62,322 nt of DNA. Origin: Alphaproteobacteria bacterium (lineage in GTDB: Bacteria > Pseudomonadota > Alphaproteobacteria > CAAHEQ01 > UBA3637). Location of the stretch: the NCBI GenBank assembly GCA_017467335.1, contig JAFTSJ010000040.1:1-62322 (forward strand). Direction: 5' to 3'. This document shows, one piece after another, positions 26,591 through 36,669 of the stretch. Numbering within the stretch: the first letter of the stretch is position 1; each line of letters starts with the position of its first letter. The position numbers and the translations under genes were made by a program. The notes beneath the pieces are model-generated. The model did no database searches. It saw only the letters and a program-made list of their open reading frames with translations, and was not told the origin of the DNA.

Positions 26591-27751
26591 ATGGATATTC
26601 AAGAATACCAAAATAAACGTATTTTTAAATCTTACAATATCCCCGTGTTAAAGGGGCGGGTTGCTTATACACCGGATGAAGCTGTTGAAATTGCCAATCA
26701 AATTGGTGGGAAAAGTTGGCAGTTGAAAGTTCAGATAAATAATGCCAGTCATCTTGACGGATTTTTTCAAGATGGTGTATTAAAACAGAAAAAAGGCATT
26801 CAGACGGCAAAATCACTTGATGAAGTGCGACAAATGGCAGACAATATGTTAGGACATGTTTTTGTCAGACCACAGGCTCATTGTCAAGAACAAGTTGTTC
26901 ATCGGATTTATGTCGAAGAAACAGCCAAAATCCATCGGTCTTTCGGTGTTTCCGTTCGATTGGATTTAATGCGTCAAACGTATGTATTTACGGTATCTTG
27001 TGCCGATAAAGTTCAAGAATTTGAAATTGCTCATATGCGTCCGACTTTATTGTTTTGGTATCGGGTTGTTCATGCTTTTAGGGTTAAAGGATTGGCTCAA
27101 ACAACGTTGGTTGCCATATTAAGACAAATGTATAAATTATTTCTGATATATGATGCTTTAGGGGTAGAAATCAATCCTTTAATTTTAACACCCAAAAACA
27201 AATGGGTTGTAGGGGAATGTCGCATTATTTTTGATAATGAAGCCATTGAACGTTACCCTGATATTATGGCTTTAAAGGAAACACCTGTCGGACAGGAACG
27301 GGAAGCTACAGCAGAAAAATATCATTTTAAATATACACCATTGAATGGCAATATTGCCTGTTTGGTCAATGGATCGGGTTTGGGAGCCGCAACGATTGAG
27401 TTATTGGAAATGCACCATGGCCGAGCAGCTTGCTTATTAGATGTTGGCACCGAACCAACAGGTGATTCTGTTTCCCGTGCATTCAAGTTGGCTTTGTCAG
27501 AGCCGAATGTCGAAGGTATTTTTATCAATATTTTCGGGGGATTAACCCGTTGTGATACAATTGCACAAGGGTTAATCGATGCGTCCAAAGAAATATCCGT
27601 TGGTATTCCTCTTGTTGTACGTATGGATGGTACAAATGCCAATGTCGGAGAACGATTAATTTTTGAAAGTCGTTTACCGTTTACCGTTATTAAACAACCC
27701 GAGCAGGCTGTTATGGCAATTGTTAATGCAGTAGAGGAATCGCAAGCATGA
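26591..27751 (+). CDS. sucC: Succinyl-CoA synthetase beta-like protein (divergent)
   Basis: MDIQEYQNK start and the EINPL, GNIACLVNGSGL, INIFGGLTRCD and VVRMDGTN motifs. The GGRGK loop is missing. Confidence 0.8.
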   Translation: MDIQEYQNKRIFKSYNIPVLKGRVAYTPDEAVEIANQIGGKSWQLKVQINNASHLDGFFQDGVLKQKKGIQTAKSLDEVRQMADNMLGHVFVRPQAHCQEQVVHRIYVEETAKIHRSFGVSVRLDLMRQTYVFTVSCADKVQEFEIAHMRPTLLFWYRVVHAFRVKGLAQTTLVAILRQMYKLFLIYDALGVEINPLILTPKNKWVVGECRIIFDNEAIERYPDIMALKETPVGQEREATAEKYHFKYTPLNGNIACLVNGSGLGAATIELLEMHHGRAACLLDVGTEPTGDSVSRAFKLALSEPNVEGIFINIFGGLTRCDTIAQGLIDASKEISVGIPLVVRMDGTNANVGERLIFESRLPFTVIKQPEQAVMAIVNAVEESQA

Positions 27752-28617
27752 TAAAATTTCCCGATCAAAAAACGCCGATTTTATGTCAAGGAATTACCGG
27801 TACCAGTGGGGCGGCTCATACAGAACGGGCTATTGCTTATGGCAGTCATGTTGTTGCCGGTATTTCTCGTGAGAAAAATTTAACGACTTTTTTGGATTTA
27901 CCTGTCTTTGCGACTGTTAAAGATGCCGTTCAATACACAAAACCGGATATTAGTGTTGTTTTTTCCAATCCATCCCGTGTTTATGCTGATACGGAAGAAG
28001 CTATTAAAGCTCGGATTCCCATGATTATTTGTACAACGACCCATGTTCCGTATCATGATATTATGAAGATGAAAGTGTTGGCACAAAAATATAAAGTTTG
28101 TTTAATCGGACCGGCTTCTCCGGGGATTGTCGTACCGGATGAGGTGTTAGTTGGAAATATGCCGGCTCATTTATTCCCTAAAGGGCATGTTGGTATTATT
28201 TCTCGTTCCAGTTCTTTATGTTATGAATTTGTCCAACAGTTACGAGATGAAAATTTAGGCGTATCAACATGTGTCGGTATCGGATCGGGGGCGATTTTGT
28301 GTACGTCTTTTGTCCCGATTATGAAAGCGATGTTAAATGACGATAAAACAAAATCGATTTTGATTATCGGAAAAATTAACAGTGAGTTTGAAGTAGAATT
28401 AGCAACATTTGTAAAGAAACAAAAAATAAAAAAACCGATTTTTATTTATTTGGCAGGAAAGCCGGATAAACGGATTAAACAATCTGTTTTAGGGGCAAGT
28501 ACACAAACATCAACCGAAATTGCCGACTACAAAAAACGCATTTGTGCCGAAGCCGGTATGATTGTCCTTGACCGATTCGATACAGTCGGGAAATGTGTTA
28601 AAGAACGATTAGGTTAG
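27748..28617 (+). CDS. sucD: Succinyl-CoA synthetase alpha-like protein (lacks the catalytic GHAGA His motif)
   Basis: QGITGTSG, IGPASPGI, GIISRS and STCVGIG motifs. Translationally coupled to sucC. Confidence 0.8.
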   Translation: MIKFPDQKTPILCQGITGTSGAAHTERAIAYGSHVVAGISREKNLTTFLDLPVFATVKDAVQYTKPDISVVFSNPSRVYADTEEAIKARIPMIICTTTHVPYHDIMKMKVLAQKYKVCLIGPASPGIVVPDEVLVGNMPAHLFPKGHVGIISRSSSLCYEFVQQLRDENLGVSTCVGIGSGAILCTSFVPIMKAMLNDDKTKSILIIGKINSEFEVELATFVKKQKIKKPIFIYLAGKPDKRIKQSVLGASTQTSTEIADYKKRICAEAGMIVLDRFDTVGKCVKERLG

Positions 28618-29297
28618 AACGAGCGGGGCAATCGCATTTTGTAATAATCGCTTCCGCTGATATCAACCCATACGATACGATAACCTTCGTCTTCATGAAC
28701 TTTAATTAAATTGCCGTTTGATAAATGAATAACAAACATTTCAATTTGATCTTCGTGTGCATGGGCGACAATATCCGTTACCGTTGCTCCGATAGCATGA
28801 CGACCATACAGACAAGAAACGTCATAAGGGGTACGACCCCAAAACAATTCTTTGATTTTTTTCGTACTTATATCAATAACTTCATCATATTCAACCGTGT
28901 TAAAATGCAACTGAAAACTCCACGCCTTGCCGAAATCAAATTCTAATTGATGTTCGCCTATTTCAAAAATAACAGGAAAAGTTGCCCATGGAATAAAATT
29001 CATAATACGGTGGTCTTGTGTTGACAAAGCATTACATTCTTCTTCATAAAAACGGATAAGACGGTTGCGTTGTTCATCTTCAACACAAGATGTTAAAAAG
29101 CCTCCGTTTAATATACGATGAAGGGGTTGACCGATTAACAACGGTTTTGCTTTTTTTAAAAATTCTTCAGCTTCTTTTTTGGGGTTTTCCATTTCTTCAA
29201 ACGGTGGTGTTTCAAAACTTACTCTGGGTTTTTTAGGTAAATCTATTTCCTCGTCAAAAAACTTTTTCCGCCGTTTTAATGATTTTCTTTCTGTCAT
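28614..29297 (-). CDS. Hypothetical protein
   Basis: 227-aa ORF with a GGGGA RBS and no recognised motif. Confidence 0.65.
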   Translation of the reverse strand: MTERKSLKRRKKFFDEEIDLPKKPRVSFETPPFEEMENPKKEAEEFLKKAKPLLIGQPLHRILNGGFLTSCVEDEQRNRLIRFYEEECNALSTQDHRIMNFIPWATFPVIFEIGEHQLEFDFGKAWSFQLHFNTVEYDEVIDISTKKIKELFWGRTPYDVSCLYGRHAIGATVTDIVAHAHEDQIEMFVIHLSNGNLIKVHEDEGYRIVWVDISGSDYYKMRLPRSF

Positions 29298-29306
29298 GTT
29301 GTCCCC

Positions 29307-30350
29307 TTATTGTTTAATTTCTTGTTCTAAAATAAATGATTGCAATCGGTTTTTATGTTTTTCCCAAAAATCATCGTTCGGCTGATTTTGAATAAAAGCA
29401 AGTAATTCTTTTAATATTGGTATAAATTTTTGTTGATTAGGCCATTTGCTGAATACACCGCTGAAATGCCAATCAAAATAAAAACGTGCTAATTCTTCTG
29501 ACCCACCGATTTTTTTTATTTCCTGATAAGAAATACGTGGAAGGCGAACGGTTGAATCATAATATCGGGGTCGATTATGGGTAATAGATGCTCCATGCGA
29601 ACGTTTATAATACAAAACTTGTGGAATAATAATGCCTTTGGCACCGCTGGCCAGCGTGGTGGCAAAAAAAACTTCATCTTCAAATACAAGATGGGGAATA
29701 AATTGAATTTGTTTATCTTGTAAATATTTTAACCTATAAATTTGTTTTGAAGATGTTGCCGGATAATACGGTAAAACGTAATGTGGAATTTGATTCCCTT
29801 GAAAAGGTGTGATTTGATGTTGCATCAATTCTCGGGGCAACAAACTATAATAACCGACTTTTTCTTCAGACGGTATGCCAATGTGATTGACCGGTTTAAT
29901 ATAAAAGGAAACAATATCCGGTTCAATTTGTGTTGCGTTTTTGCTTCTTAAAATAGCAGTTTTCATTTTTTCTATTGCCGAAACATCAATAAAATCATCT
30001 GCATCAACAAACCAAACGTATTTTCCTTTGGCAATTTTCATTGCGTTGTTGCGTGCAATGGAAAGACCTTGATTTTTTTGGTCAATAACCGTTATTTTAG
30101 AGTTGTTTTTTGCATATTTTTGAATAACATACAGCGAATTATCCGTTGAGCCGTCATTGACGATAATCACTTCAAAATCTTGCAGAGAAGATTTTAAAAC
30201 CGATTCAATAGTGGTTGATATATAGGATTCATAATTATATACGGATATGATAACGCTGATAAAGGGTTGATATAAAATACGAACGGCACTCCAAAAGGTT
30301 AAGGCAGTTATTACACAATAAATCAATATAAAAACAAGTGCTTTTTTCAT
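29307..30350 (-). CDS. Glycosyltransferase family 2 with N-terminal TM
   Basis: ISVIISVYN, IIVNDGSTD, NQGLSIARN, FVDADD and FED motifs. Confidence 0.92.
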   Translation of the reverse strand: MKKALVFILIYCVITALTFWSAVRILYQPFISVIISVYNYESYISTTIESVLKSSLQDFEVIIVNDGSTDNSLYVIQKYAKNNSKITVIDQKNQGLSIARNNAMKIAKGKYVWFVDADDFIDVSAIEKMKTAILRSKNATQIEPDIVSFYIKPVNHIGIPSEEKVGYYSLLPRELMQHQITPFQGNQIPHYVLPYYPATSSKQIYRLKYLQDKQIQFIPHLVFEDEVFFATTLASGAKGIIIPQVLYYKRSHGASITHNRPRYYDSTVRLPRISYQEIKKIGGSEELARFYFDWHFSGVFSKWPNQQKFIPILKELLAFIQNQPNDDFWEKHKNRLQSFILEQEIKQ

Positions 30351-30459
30351 ATGGTTTTTATATGTAAAAATCGTATTCTTGTCAATGAATTTTTTTATCG
30401 AAAGAATGGGTTGTTTTTTTGTTATCTCATCTTACTTAACAATAAAATAGGAGATGTAT

Positions 30460-31203
30460 ATGAACCAATATTCTAATCAAGAAATAATTTGTCCTTTAAT
30501 CGGAGATAAAGCCCCTTCTTTTGTTGCTCAAACAACGCAAGGAGAAATTCATTTTCCGGAAGATTTTAAAGGAAAATGGACTATTTTATTCAGTCATCCG
30601 ACAGATTTCACGCCCGTTTGCACAACCGAGTTTATTTATTTTTCTGAAATGATGCAGGATTTTGATAGTTTAAATACAAAACTCATCGGTTTATCTGTCG
30701 ATAGTTTAGCCAGTCATTTGGCATGGTTGCATGCTATTCAAAAAGATGTTGTGTTTCAAGGGATGAAGCATGTTAAAATTGAATTTCCGCTTGTTGCCGA
30801 TTTAACGGGACAAATTGCCCGTCAATACTGCATGTTGCATATGTCAGCCCATCAAACAAAAACAGTTCGAGCCGTCTTTTTTATTGATCCGCAAAGTATT
30901 ATTCGAACAATTTTATATTATCCGTCATCGTTAGGACGTAATTTTGATGAATTAAAACGTATCTTAATCGGGTTGCAATTGCATGATGAACTGGGTATTT
31001 CAACGCCTGCCAATTGGCAACCCGGTGATGAAGTTATCGAATCCAATCCGGAATGTATGGCGGACTTGGAAAAGCGTTTAAGCGAAAATACATCCGATAA
31101 CGGTGCTTGGTTTTTATCGTTAAAAGAATTGCCTATCGAAGAAATCGAAACGATTCTGCAAAAACAACGAAAATCGACACCGAAAAAGGGAAAACGTACT
31201 TGA
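30460..31203 (+). CDS. Peroxiredoxin (Prx6/1-Cys-like)
   Basis: LFSHPTDFTPVCTTEF, RAVFFIDP and TPANWQPG motifs. Start at 30460 follows an AGGAG RBS. Confidence 0.92.
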   Translation: MNQYSNQEIICPLIGDKAPSFVAQTTQGEIHFPEDFKGKWTILFSHPTDFTPVCTTEFIYFSEMMQDFDSLNTKLIGLSVDSLASHLAWLHAIQKDVVFQGMKHVKIEFPLVADLTGQIARQYCMLHMSAHQTKTVRAVFFIDPQSIIRTILYYPSSLGRNFDELKRILIGLQLHDELGISTPANWQPGDEVIESNPECMADLEKRLSENTSDNGAWFLSLKELPIEEIETILQKQRKSTPKKGKRT

Positions 31204-31208
31204 TTTTT

Positions 31209-31535
31209 TTAATGATACATGGTTTTGGGTAAACGAACACCTGTATTTTCCAGTTGCAAAATTTTCATGATTTTTTTAGGGGGAACAGATAAAATGCCGG
31301 TGTTTTCTTCAATTATCTTATCAAACAGATAATAAGCAACATCTTGATTGCCCAATAAATCATTAAGCGGTTTTTTCATATGTTCAAATACATATTCCTG
31401 CCATTCATCTTGTGGAATCGATTTTAACGGACAGTGTAAATCATGGGCTAAATTTTGACGTAATTCATATAACCGATTGATAAGAGCTTGTTCAATAAAA
31501 TCATATCGATTGAGTTTTTGTTGTGATGTAATCAT
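31209..31535 (-). CDS. Hypothetical protein
   Basis: 108-aa ORF with an AAGGAG RBS. Confidence 0.6.
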   Translation of the reverse strand: MITSQQKLNRYDFIEQALINRLYELRQNLAHDLHCPLKSIPQDEWQEYVFEHMKKPLNDLLGNQDVAYYLFDKIIEENTGILSVPPKKIMKILQLENTGVRLPKTMYH

Positions 31536-31672
31536 TTTTTATTCTCCTTTTTTGTATATATCGTACATATATTGTCATTATAATACAAAATCAAGAGTGA
31601 TAGTACATTTTTGTCCCCTAAAAATGTACGTTCCATACAAAAACAAACCAACGGATTGATTTTCAAAATAAA

Positions 31673-33088
31673 TTATTTTTTAAATTTGTTGAAAAACGGA
31701 TTTGACCCACCCATAACCTGATTGAAGTCCGGCATAGCGTTACCTCCCATCAAGTTATTCATTTTTTTCATCATACCAAACATACCGAAAGGTCCCATTT
31801 TTTTCAATTGTTTCATAACGGTTGCCATTTGTTCATATTGTTTTAATAAACGATTGACATCGCTGACTTGCACGCCGGCACCGTTTGCAATGCGTTGTTT
31901 GCGAGAGGCTTTTAAAATATCGGGATGACGCCGTTCGTACGGTGTCATAGATAAAATAATGGCTTCTTGACGTTTTATAACTTTGTTGTCAATATTCGCA
32001 TTATCAATCTGACTTTGCATTTTAGATAGCCCCGGTATCATTTTCATAATCCCTTTAATATCGCCTAAATTGTTAATTTGACGCATTTGAGCCAACATGT
32101 CATTTAAATCAAAATGTCCGCTCATCATTCGTTCGGCAGTTTTTTGAGCTTCTTCTTGATTGATTTTTTCCATTGCTGTTTCAACCAAACCGACAACATC
32201 ACCCATACCCAAGATTCGGTCGGCAATTCGTTTGGCATCAAAAACTTCCAGTGCATCTGTTTTTTCTCCGACACCTAAAAATTGAATAGGCATACCGGTA
32301 ACAGTTTTCATAGATAAAGCTGCTCCGCCTCGAGAATCACCGTCAATACGGGTTAAAATCGTACCCGTAACGGTAATCTTTTCATTAAATTGTTGAGCAA
32401 CATTAAGAGCATCTTGACCGATTAACGCATCAATGACTAATAAAATTTCAGTCGGATTCGTTAAATCACGAATGATTTTGACTTCTTCCATCATGTCATC
32501 GTCAATGTGTAATCGACCTGCCGTATCAAGAATAAGAACATCATATAACCCTTCTTTGGCAGATGATAAAGCCCTCTTTGTAATGTCAACCGGTTTTTGA
32601 TTTTGTACAATCGGTAAAACATCAAAACTGTTTTTTGTTCCTAATTCAAGTAATTGTTCTTGGGCGGCCGGACGATAAATATCTAATGAAGCCGTTAAAA
32701 CTTTTTTACCGTCTTTTTGAAGCCGTTTTGCCAGTTTGGCAGTCGATGTGGTTTTACCGGACCCTTGTAAGCCAACCATCAAAATAACATTTTGTTTTTT
32801 GGGAAACAATGATAACGGTTTGGGTTCACCTAACAAAGTAACCAATTCATCATGAACGATTTTAATGACTTGTTGTGCCGGTGAGATAGATTTAATAACC
32901 TGTTCTCCAACGGCTTTGGCTTTGACGTTTGCAATAAATGTTTTAACAACAGGTAAAGCGACATCTGCTTCAAGCAAAGCAATTTTAATTTCACGCATGG
33001 TTTCATCAACGGCACTTTCCGTTAAAACACCTCGTCTTGTTAATTTATCAAATACTGAATTTAATCGTTCGGATAATCCGGTAAACAT
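31673..33088 (-). CDS. ffh: Signal recognition particle protein Ffh
   Basis: GLQGSGKTT, DTAGR, TRIDGDSRGGAALS motifs and a Met-rich M domain. Confidence 0.99.
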   Translation of the reverse strand: MFTGLSERLNSVFDKLTRRGVLTESAVDETMREIKIALLEADVALPVVKTFIANVKAKAVGEQVIKSISPAQQVIKIVHDELVTLLGEPKPLSLFPKKQNVILMVGLQGSGKTTSTAKLAKRLQKDGKKVLTASLDIYRPAAQEQLLELGTKNSFDVLPIVQNQKPVDITKRALSSAKEGLYDVLILDTAGRLHIDDDMMEEVKIIRDLTNPTEILLVIDALIGQDALNVAQQFNEKITVTGTILTRIDGDSRGGAALSMKTVTGMPIQFLGVGEKTDALEVFDAKRIADRILGMGDVVGLVETAMEKINQEEAQKTAERMMSGHFDLNDMLAQMRQINNLGDIKGIMKMIPGLSKMQSQIDNANIDNKVIKRQEAIILSMTPYERRHPDILKASRKQRIANGAGVQVSDVNRLLKQYEQMATVMKQLKKMGPFGMFGMMKKMNNLMGGNAMPDFNQVMGGSNPFFNKFKK

Positions 33089-33226
33089 TCTTTTCCTCCG
33101 TAAAAAATTGATTGACTGATTATAACGTTACCGTTTATAAAAGTCAATAAGGACACGTCAATCGTTTTTTGGAGGAACAGTTGATTGTTTTGTTAATAAA
33201 AAATTAAAAAATGATTCAAAAAACGC

Positions 33227-33255
33227 TTGACAAATGATTCAATAAAATGTAGTAT
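33227..33255 (+). promoter_or_regulatory. Sigma70 promoter for tRNA-Trp/secE/nusG
   Basis: TTGACA-N17-TAGTAT. Confidence 0.6.
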
Positions 33256-33321
33256 GGTTTGACCTTGTTCAGATAAGGTGTTTTGAAAAGATATCAAAAC
33301 ATAATTTGATTGATTGTAAAT

Positions 33322-33397
33322 AGGGGTGTAGCTCAACTGGTAGAGCGTCGGTCTCCAAAACCGAAGGTCGCGGGTTCGATCCCTGCCGCCCCTGCCA
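33322..33397 (+). tRNA. tRNA-Trp (CCA)
   Basis: 76-nt cloverleaf AGGGGTGTAGCTCAACTGGTAGAGC...CTCCAAA...GGTTCGATCC...GCCA in the canonical position before secE. Confidence 0.98.
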
Positions 33398-33413
33398 ACA
33401 AAAAGAGGAAAAT

Positions 33414-33605
33414 ATGAAGTGGTCGCTGGCACAATATGTTCGTGAATTTAAACAAGAAGTCAGTAAAATTACATGGCCGACTCGTTCTGATGCTATGCGT
33501 GGAACGATAACGGTTATTATTATGAGTATTGTTTTGGCTTTGTTTTTATTTGTTGTTAATTCGTTTTTTGCTGCCACGATAGAATATATATTGGAAAAAT
33601 TTTAA
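33414..33605 (+). CDS. secE: Preprotein translocase subunit SecE
   Basis: EVSKITWPTR motif and a single TM. Confidence 0.95.
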   Translation: MKWSLAQYVREFKQEVSKITWPTRSDAMRGTITVIIMSIVLALFLFVVNSFFAATIEYILEKF

Positions 33606-33616
33606 GGGGTTGAAGA

Positions 33617-34147
33617 ATGGCTATTCGCTGGTACATTGTTCATGTTTATTCGGGGTTTGAAAATAAAATCGCTGAATTTATTAAAGAACAAGCCGAAAAG
33701 AAAGGTTTTTCGCATTTAATTGAAGATGTTATGGTTCCGACTGAAAATGTCGTGTCAGTGCGTAATGGTAACAAGGTTGAATCGGCTCGTAAATTTTTTC
33801 CGGGATATGTTTTAGTTAAAATGGAAATGACGCCTGAAACATGGCATTTGGTTAGCAGTACACCCAAAGTAACAGGCTTTTTGGGTGGTAAGAAACCTGT
33901 TCCGATGACGCAAAGTGAAGCGGATCGGATTTTACATCAAGTAAAAGAAGGTGTTGAAAAACCGAAATCGGCTATCGTTTATGAAGTCGGGGATCAAATT
34001 GTTGTTTGTGATGGTCCGTTTGCATCGTTTAATGGTGTTGTTGAAGATGTTGATGCTGAAAAAGAACGCTTGAAAGTGTCTGTTTCGATTTTTGGACGTC
34101 AAACGCCACTTGATTTGAATTATACGCAGGTTAAAAAAGCTAAATAA
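33617..34147 (+). CDS. nusG: Transcription termination/antitermination factor NusG
   Basis: WYIVHVYSGFE, FFPGYVLV and KOW VSIFGRQTP motifs. Confidence 0.99.
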   Translation: MAIRWYIVHVYSGFENKIAEFIKEQAEKKGFSHLIEDVMVPTENVVSVRNGNKVESARKFFPGYVLVKMEMTPETWHLVSSTPKVTGFLGGKKPVPMTQSEADRILHQVKEGVEKPKSAIVYEVGDQIVVCDGPFASFNGVVEDVDAEKERLKVSVSIFGRQTPLDLNYTQVKKAK

Positions 34148-34260
34148 GGTTTAAAAGGGAAATAGAATCAGTCCGTATTTCCTTTTTGTTGTGGTAGATA
34201 AGCCATTATCCGACCACGAAACTTCAAAAAACAGGATTGAATAATAAATGAGGTTAAAAA

Positions 34261-34689
34261 ATGGCAAAAAAAGTAATTGGCTTTATCAAACTTCAAATTG
34301 AAGCCGGTAAAGCAAATCCATCGCCACCGGTTGGACCTGCTTTGGGTCAACGGGGCTTAAATATTATGGAATTTTGTAAAGCATTTAATGCAAAAACACA
34401 AAAAATGGAGCCGGGTACACCGATTCCTGTTATTATTACGGCTTACGCAGACCGTACGTTTTCTTTTGTTACAAAATTACCGCCGGTCAGTTATTTAATT
34501 AAGAAGGCAGCCGGTGTTAAAAGTGCATCAAAAGAACCGGGTCGTAAAAAAGTTGCAAAAATTACAAAAGAACAAGTAAAAGCAATTGCAACTGAAAAAA
34601 TGCCTGACTTAAACTGTCACACAGTTGAGGCTGCTATGGAAATGGTTGCCGGTCAAGCACGTTCTATGGGTATTGAAGTAGCGGAGTAA
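34261..34689 (+). CDS. rplK: 50S ribosomal protein L11
   Basis: [18 protein letters not shown] motif. Confidence 0.99.
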   Translation: MAKKVIGFIKLQIEAGKANPSPPVGPALGQRGLNIMEFCKAFNAKTQKMEPGTPIPVIITAYADRTFSFVTKLPPVSYLIKKAAGVKSASKEPGRKKVAKITKEQVKAIATEKMPDLNCHTVEAAMEMVAGQARSMGIEVAE

Positions 34690-34693
34690 GAAA

Positions 34694-35383
34694 ATGAAAT
34701 ACGGAAAAAGATTAAAAAAAGCTTACGAAACTGTTGATGCCTCAAAAGTCTATGACATTGATGAAGCAATTAAATTGATTAAAGAAAACGCCAAAGCAAA
34801 ATTTGACGAAACGGTTGATATTGCTGTTTCTTTGGGTGTTGATCCTCGCCAATCCGATCAAATGGTTCGTGGGGCTGTATCATTGCCTGCCGGAACGGGT
34901 AAAACGTTAACTGTTGCCGTTTTTGCAAAAGGACCAAAAGCAGAAGAAGCTAAAAATGCCGGAGCCGATATTGTCGGTGATGAAGATTTAATGAACGACA
35001 TTTTGGCTGGTAAAATCAATTTCCAACGATTGATTGCAACACCTGATATGATGGGCGTTGTTGGTCGTTTGGGTAAGATTTTGGGTCCGAAAGGTTTAAT
35101 GCCGAATCCAAAACTCGGAACGGTTACAATGGATGTAACAGAAGCTGTTAAGGCATCAAAAGCCGGTCAGGTTCAATTCCGTGTTGATGCCGGTGGTATT
35201 GTTCACGCCGGTATCGGTAAGGTCAGTTTTGATGATGCTAAAATCAAAGAAAATGCGATTGCTTTCGTGAAAGCATTAGCGGCTTTAAAACCGGCTTCAT
35301 CAAAAGGTGTTTACTTGAAACAGGTTGCTTTAAGCACGACACAAGGTGTTGGTGTTAAAGTTGCTGTTCCCAGTGTTGCCTAA
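34694..35383 (+). CDS. rplA: 50S ribosomal protein L1
   Basis: KFDETVD and [15 protein letters not shown] motifs. Confidence 0.99.
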   Translation: MKYGKRLKKAYETVDASKVYDIDEAIKLIKENAKAKFDETVDIAVSLGVDPRQSDQMVRGAVSLPAGTGKTLTVAVFAKGPKAEEAKNAGADIVGDEDLMNDILAGKINFQRLIATPDMMGVVGRLGKILGPKGLMPNPKLGTVTMDVTEAVKASKAGQVQFRVDAGGIVHAGIGKVSFDDAKIKENAIAFVKALAALKPASSKGVYLKQVALSTTQGVGVKVAVPSVA

Positions 35384-35419
35384 AAAGTTTACTTGCCACC
35401 CTTAACGGGGTGGCAAACC

Positions 35420-35630
35420 CCTGTCCAAGACTGTTGGTTTTAATCACGGGATTAAATGAAAGAAAAGCATTTCGCCATCACAGACAGAAAATAAATCAGT
35501 TGTTCCGATAGGAAAAAATGATGTTTCTGGGCAGGAAAAGAGTGGGTCTTCGGAAAAAACAACATGTCAGACCGAAACCTGTGTAGAAACCGGAAAGATA
35601 AGTATTTATTTTTCCTTTAACGGAGAGAAA
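35420..35630 (+). promoter_or_regulatory. Probable L10 leader (autoregulatory RNA) upstream of rplJ
   Basis: CCTGTCCAAGACTGTTGG...TTAA start motif in the long rplA-rplJ spacer, preceded by a TTGCCACCC/GGGGTGGCAA hairpin. Boundaries are approximate. Confidence 0.5.
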
Positions 35631-35633
35631 ATC

Positions 35634-36122
35634 GTGAAACGTGAAGAAAAACAACAAGTTATCTCTGAAATGAAAGACGTTTTTAATTCGTCTTCTCTTG
35701 TTGTTGTTGCCATTAACAAAGGTATTTCAATGGCTGAAACAACAGAGTTGCGTAAAAATGTTTTAAATGACGGTGCTAACTATCGTGTCGTTAAAAACCG
35801 TTTGGCTAAGTTGGCTCTCGTCGGTACACCTTGCGAAGCAATGGCAGACTTGTTAGTCGGTCCGACCGCTTTGGCTTATTCAGAAGATGAAATTTCTGCT
35901 GCCAAAGCAGTTTGTAAATTAGCAAAAGCAAGTGATAAGTATGAAATTGCCGGTGGTATTATGAACGGTAAATTCATTGATACAAAAACAGTCAATGAAA
36001 TCGCTTCTTTGCCATCTTTGGACGAATTGCGTGGCAAACTTATCGGCTTGTTGCAAGCACCTGGCGGCCAATTGGCTCGTGTTACAAAGGCTTATTCTGA
36101 AAAAGAACAAGCTGCGGCTTAA
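35634..36122 (+). CDS. rplJ: 50S ribosomal protein L10
   Basis: [18 protein letters not shown] and [11 protein letters not shown] motifs. GTG start. Confidence 0.98.
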   Translation: MKREEKQQVISEMKDVFNSSSLVVVAINKGISMAETTELRKNVLNDGANYRVVKNRLAKLALVGTPCEAMADLLVGPTALAYSEDEISAAKAVCKLAKASDKYEIAGGIMNGKFIDTKTVNEIASLPSLDELRGKLIGLLQAPGGQLARVTKAYSEKEQAAA

Positions 36123-36175
36123 TTTTTATAAACGGGGAATGTTTCCCCAAACATGTTAAAACTATGGAGAAAAAA

Positions 36176-36541
36176 ATGACTGATTTAAACAAAATCGTAG
36201 AAGAATTATCGGCATTGACAATTATGGAAGCTGCCGAATTATCTAAAATGTTAGAAGAAAAATGGGGCGTTTCTGCTGCTGCTCCGGTTGTTGCCGGTGT
36301 TGCTGCCGGTGCTGCTGCCGCTGAAGAAAAAACAGAATTTGATGTTATCTTGGTTGAAGGCGGTGCTAACAAAATCAATGCTATTAAAGAAGTTCGTACA
36401 ATTACAGGTTTAGGCTTGAAAGAAGCAAAAGACTTGGTTGAAGGTGCTCCGAAAGAATTGAAAAAAGGCGTTTCAAAAGAAGAAGCTGAAAAAATTAAAA
36501 AACAATTAGAAGCAGCCGGCGCTAAAGTCGAATTGAAATAA
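36176..36541 (+). CDS. rplL: 50S ribosomal protein L7/L12
   Basis: [10 protein letters not shown] and [12 protein letters not shown] motifs. Start at 36176 follows a GGAGA RBS. Confidence 0.99.
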   Translation: MTDLNKIVEELSALTIMEAAELSKMLEEKWGVSAAAPVVAGVAAGAAAAEEKTEFDVILVEGGANKINAIKEVRTITGLGLKEAKDLVEGAPKELKKGVSKEEAEKIKKQLEAAGAKVELK

Positions 36542-36669
36542 TTTTATTTCAAAAAACGTCAATCGGGTCGCATCAATTTGGTGAAAATTGGTGACGACCC
36601 TATTGAAGTCATATAAAGGACCGGTCCTTTCAACCGGAAAAGAATTTATTTTTTATGGGGAAAACAAAT

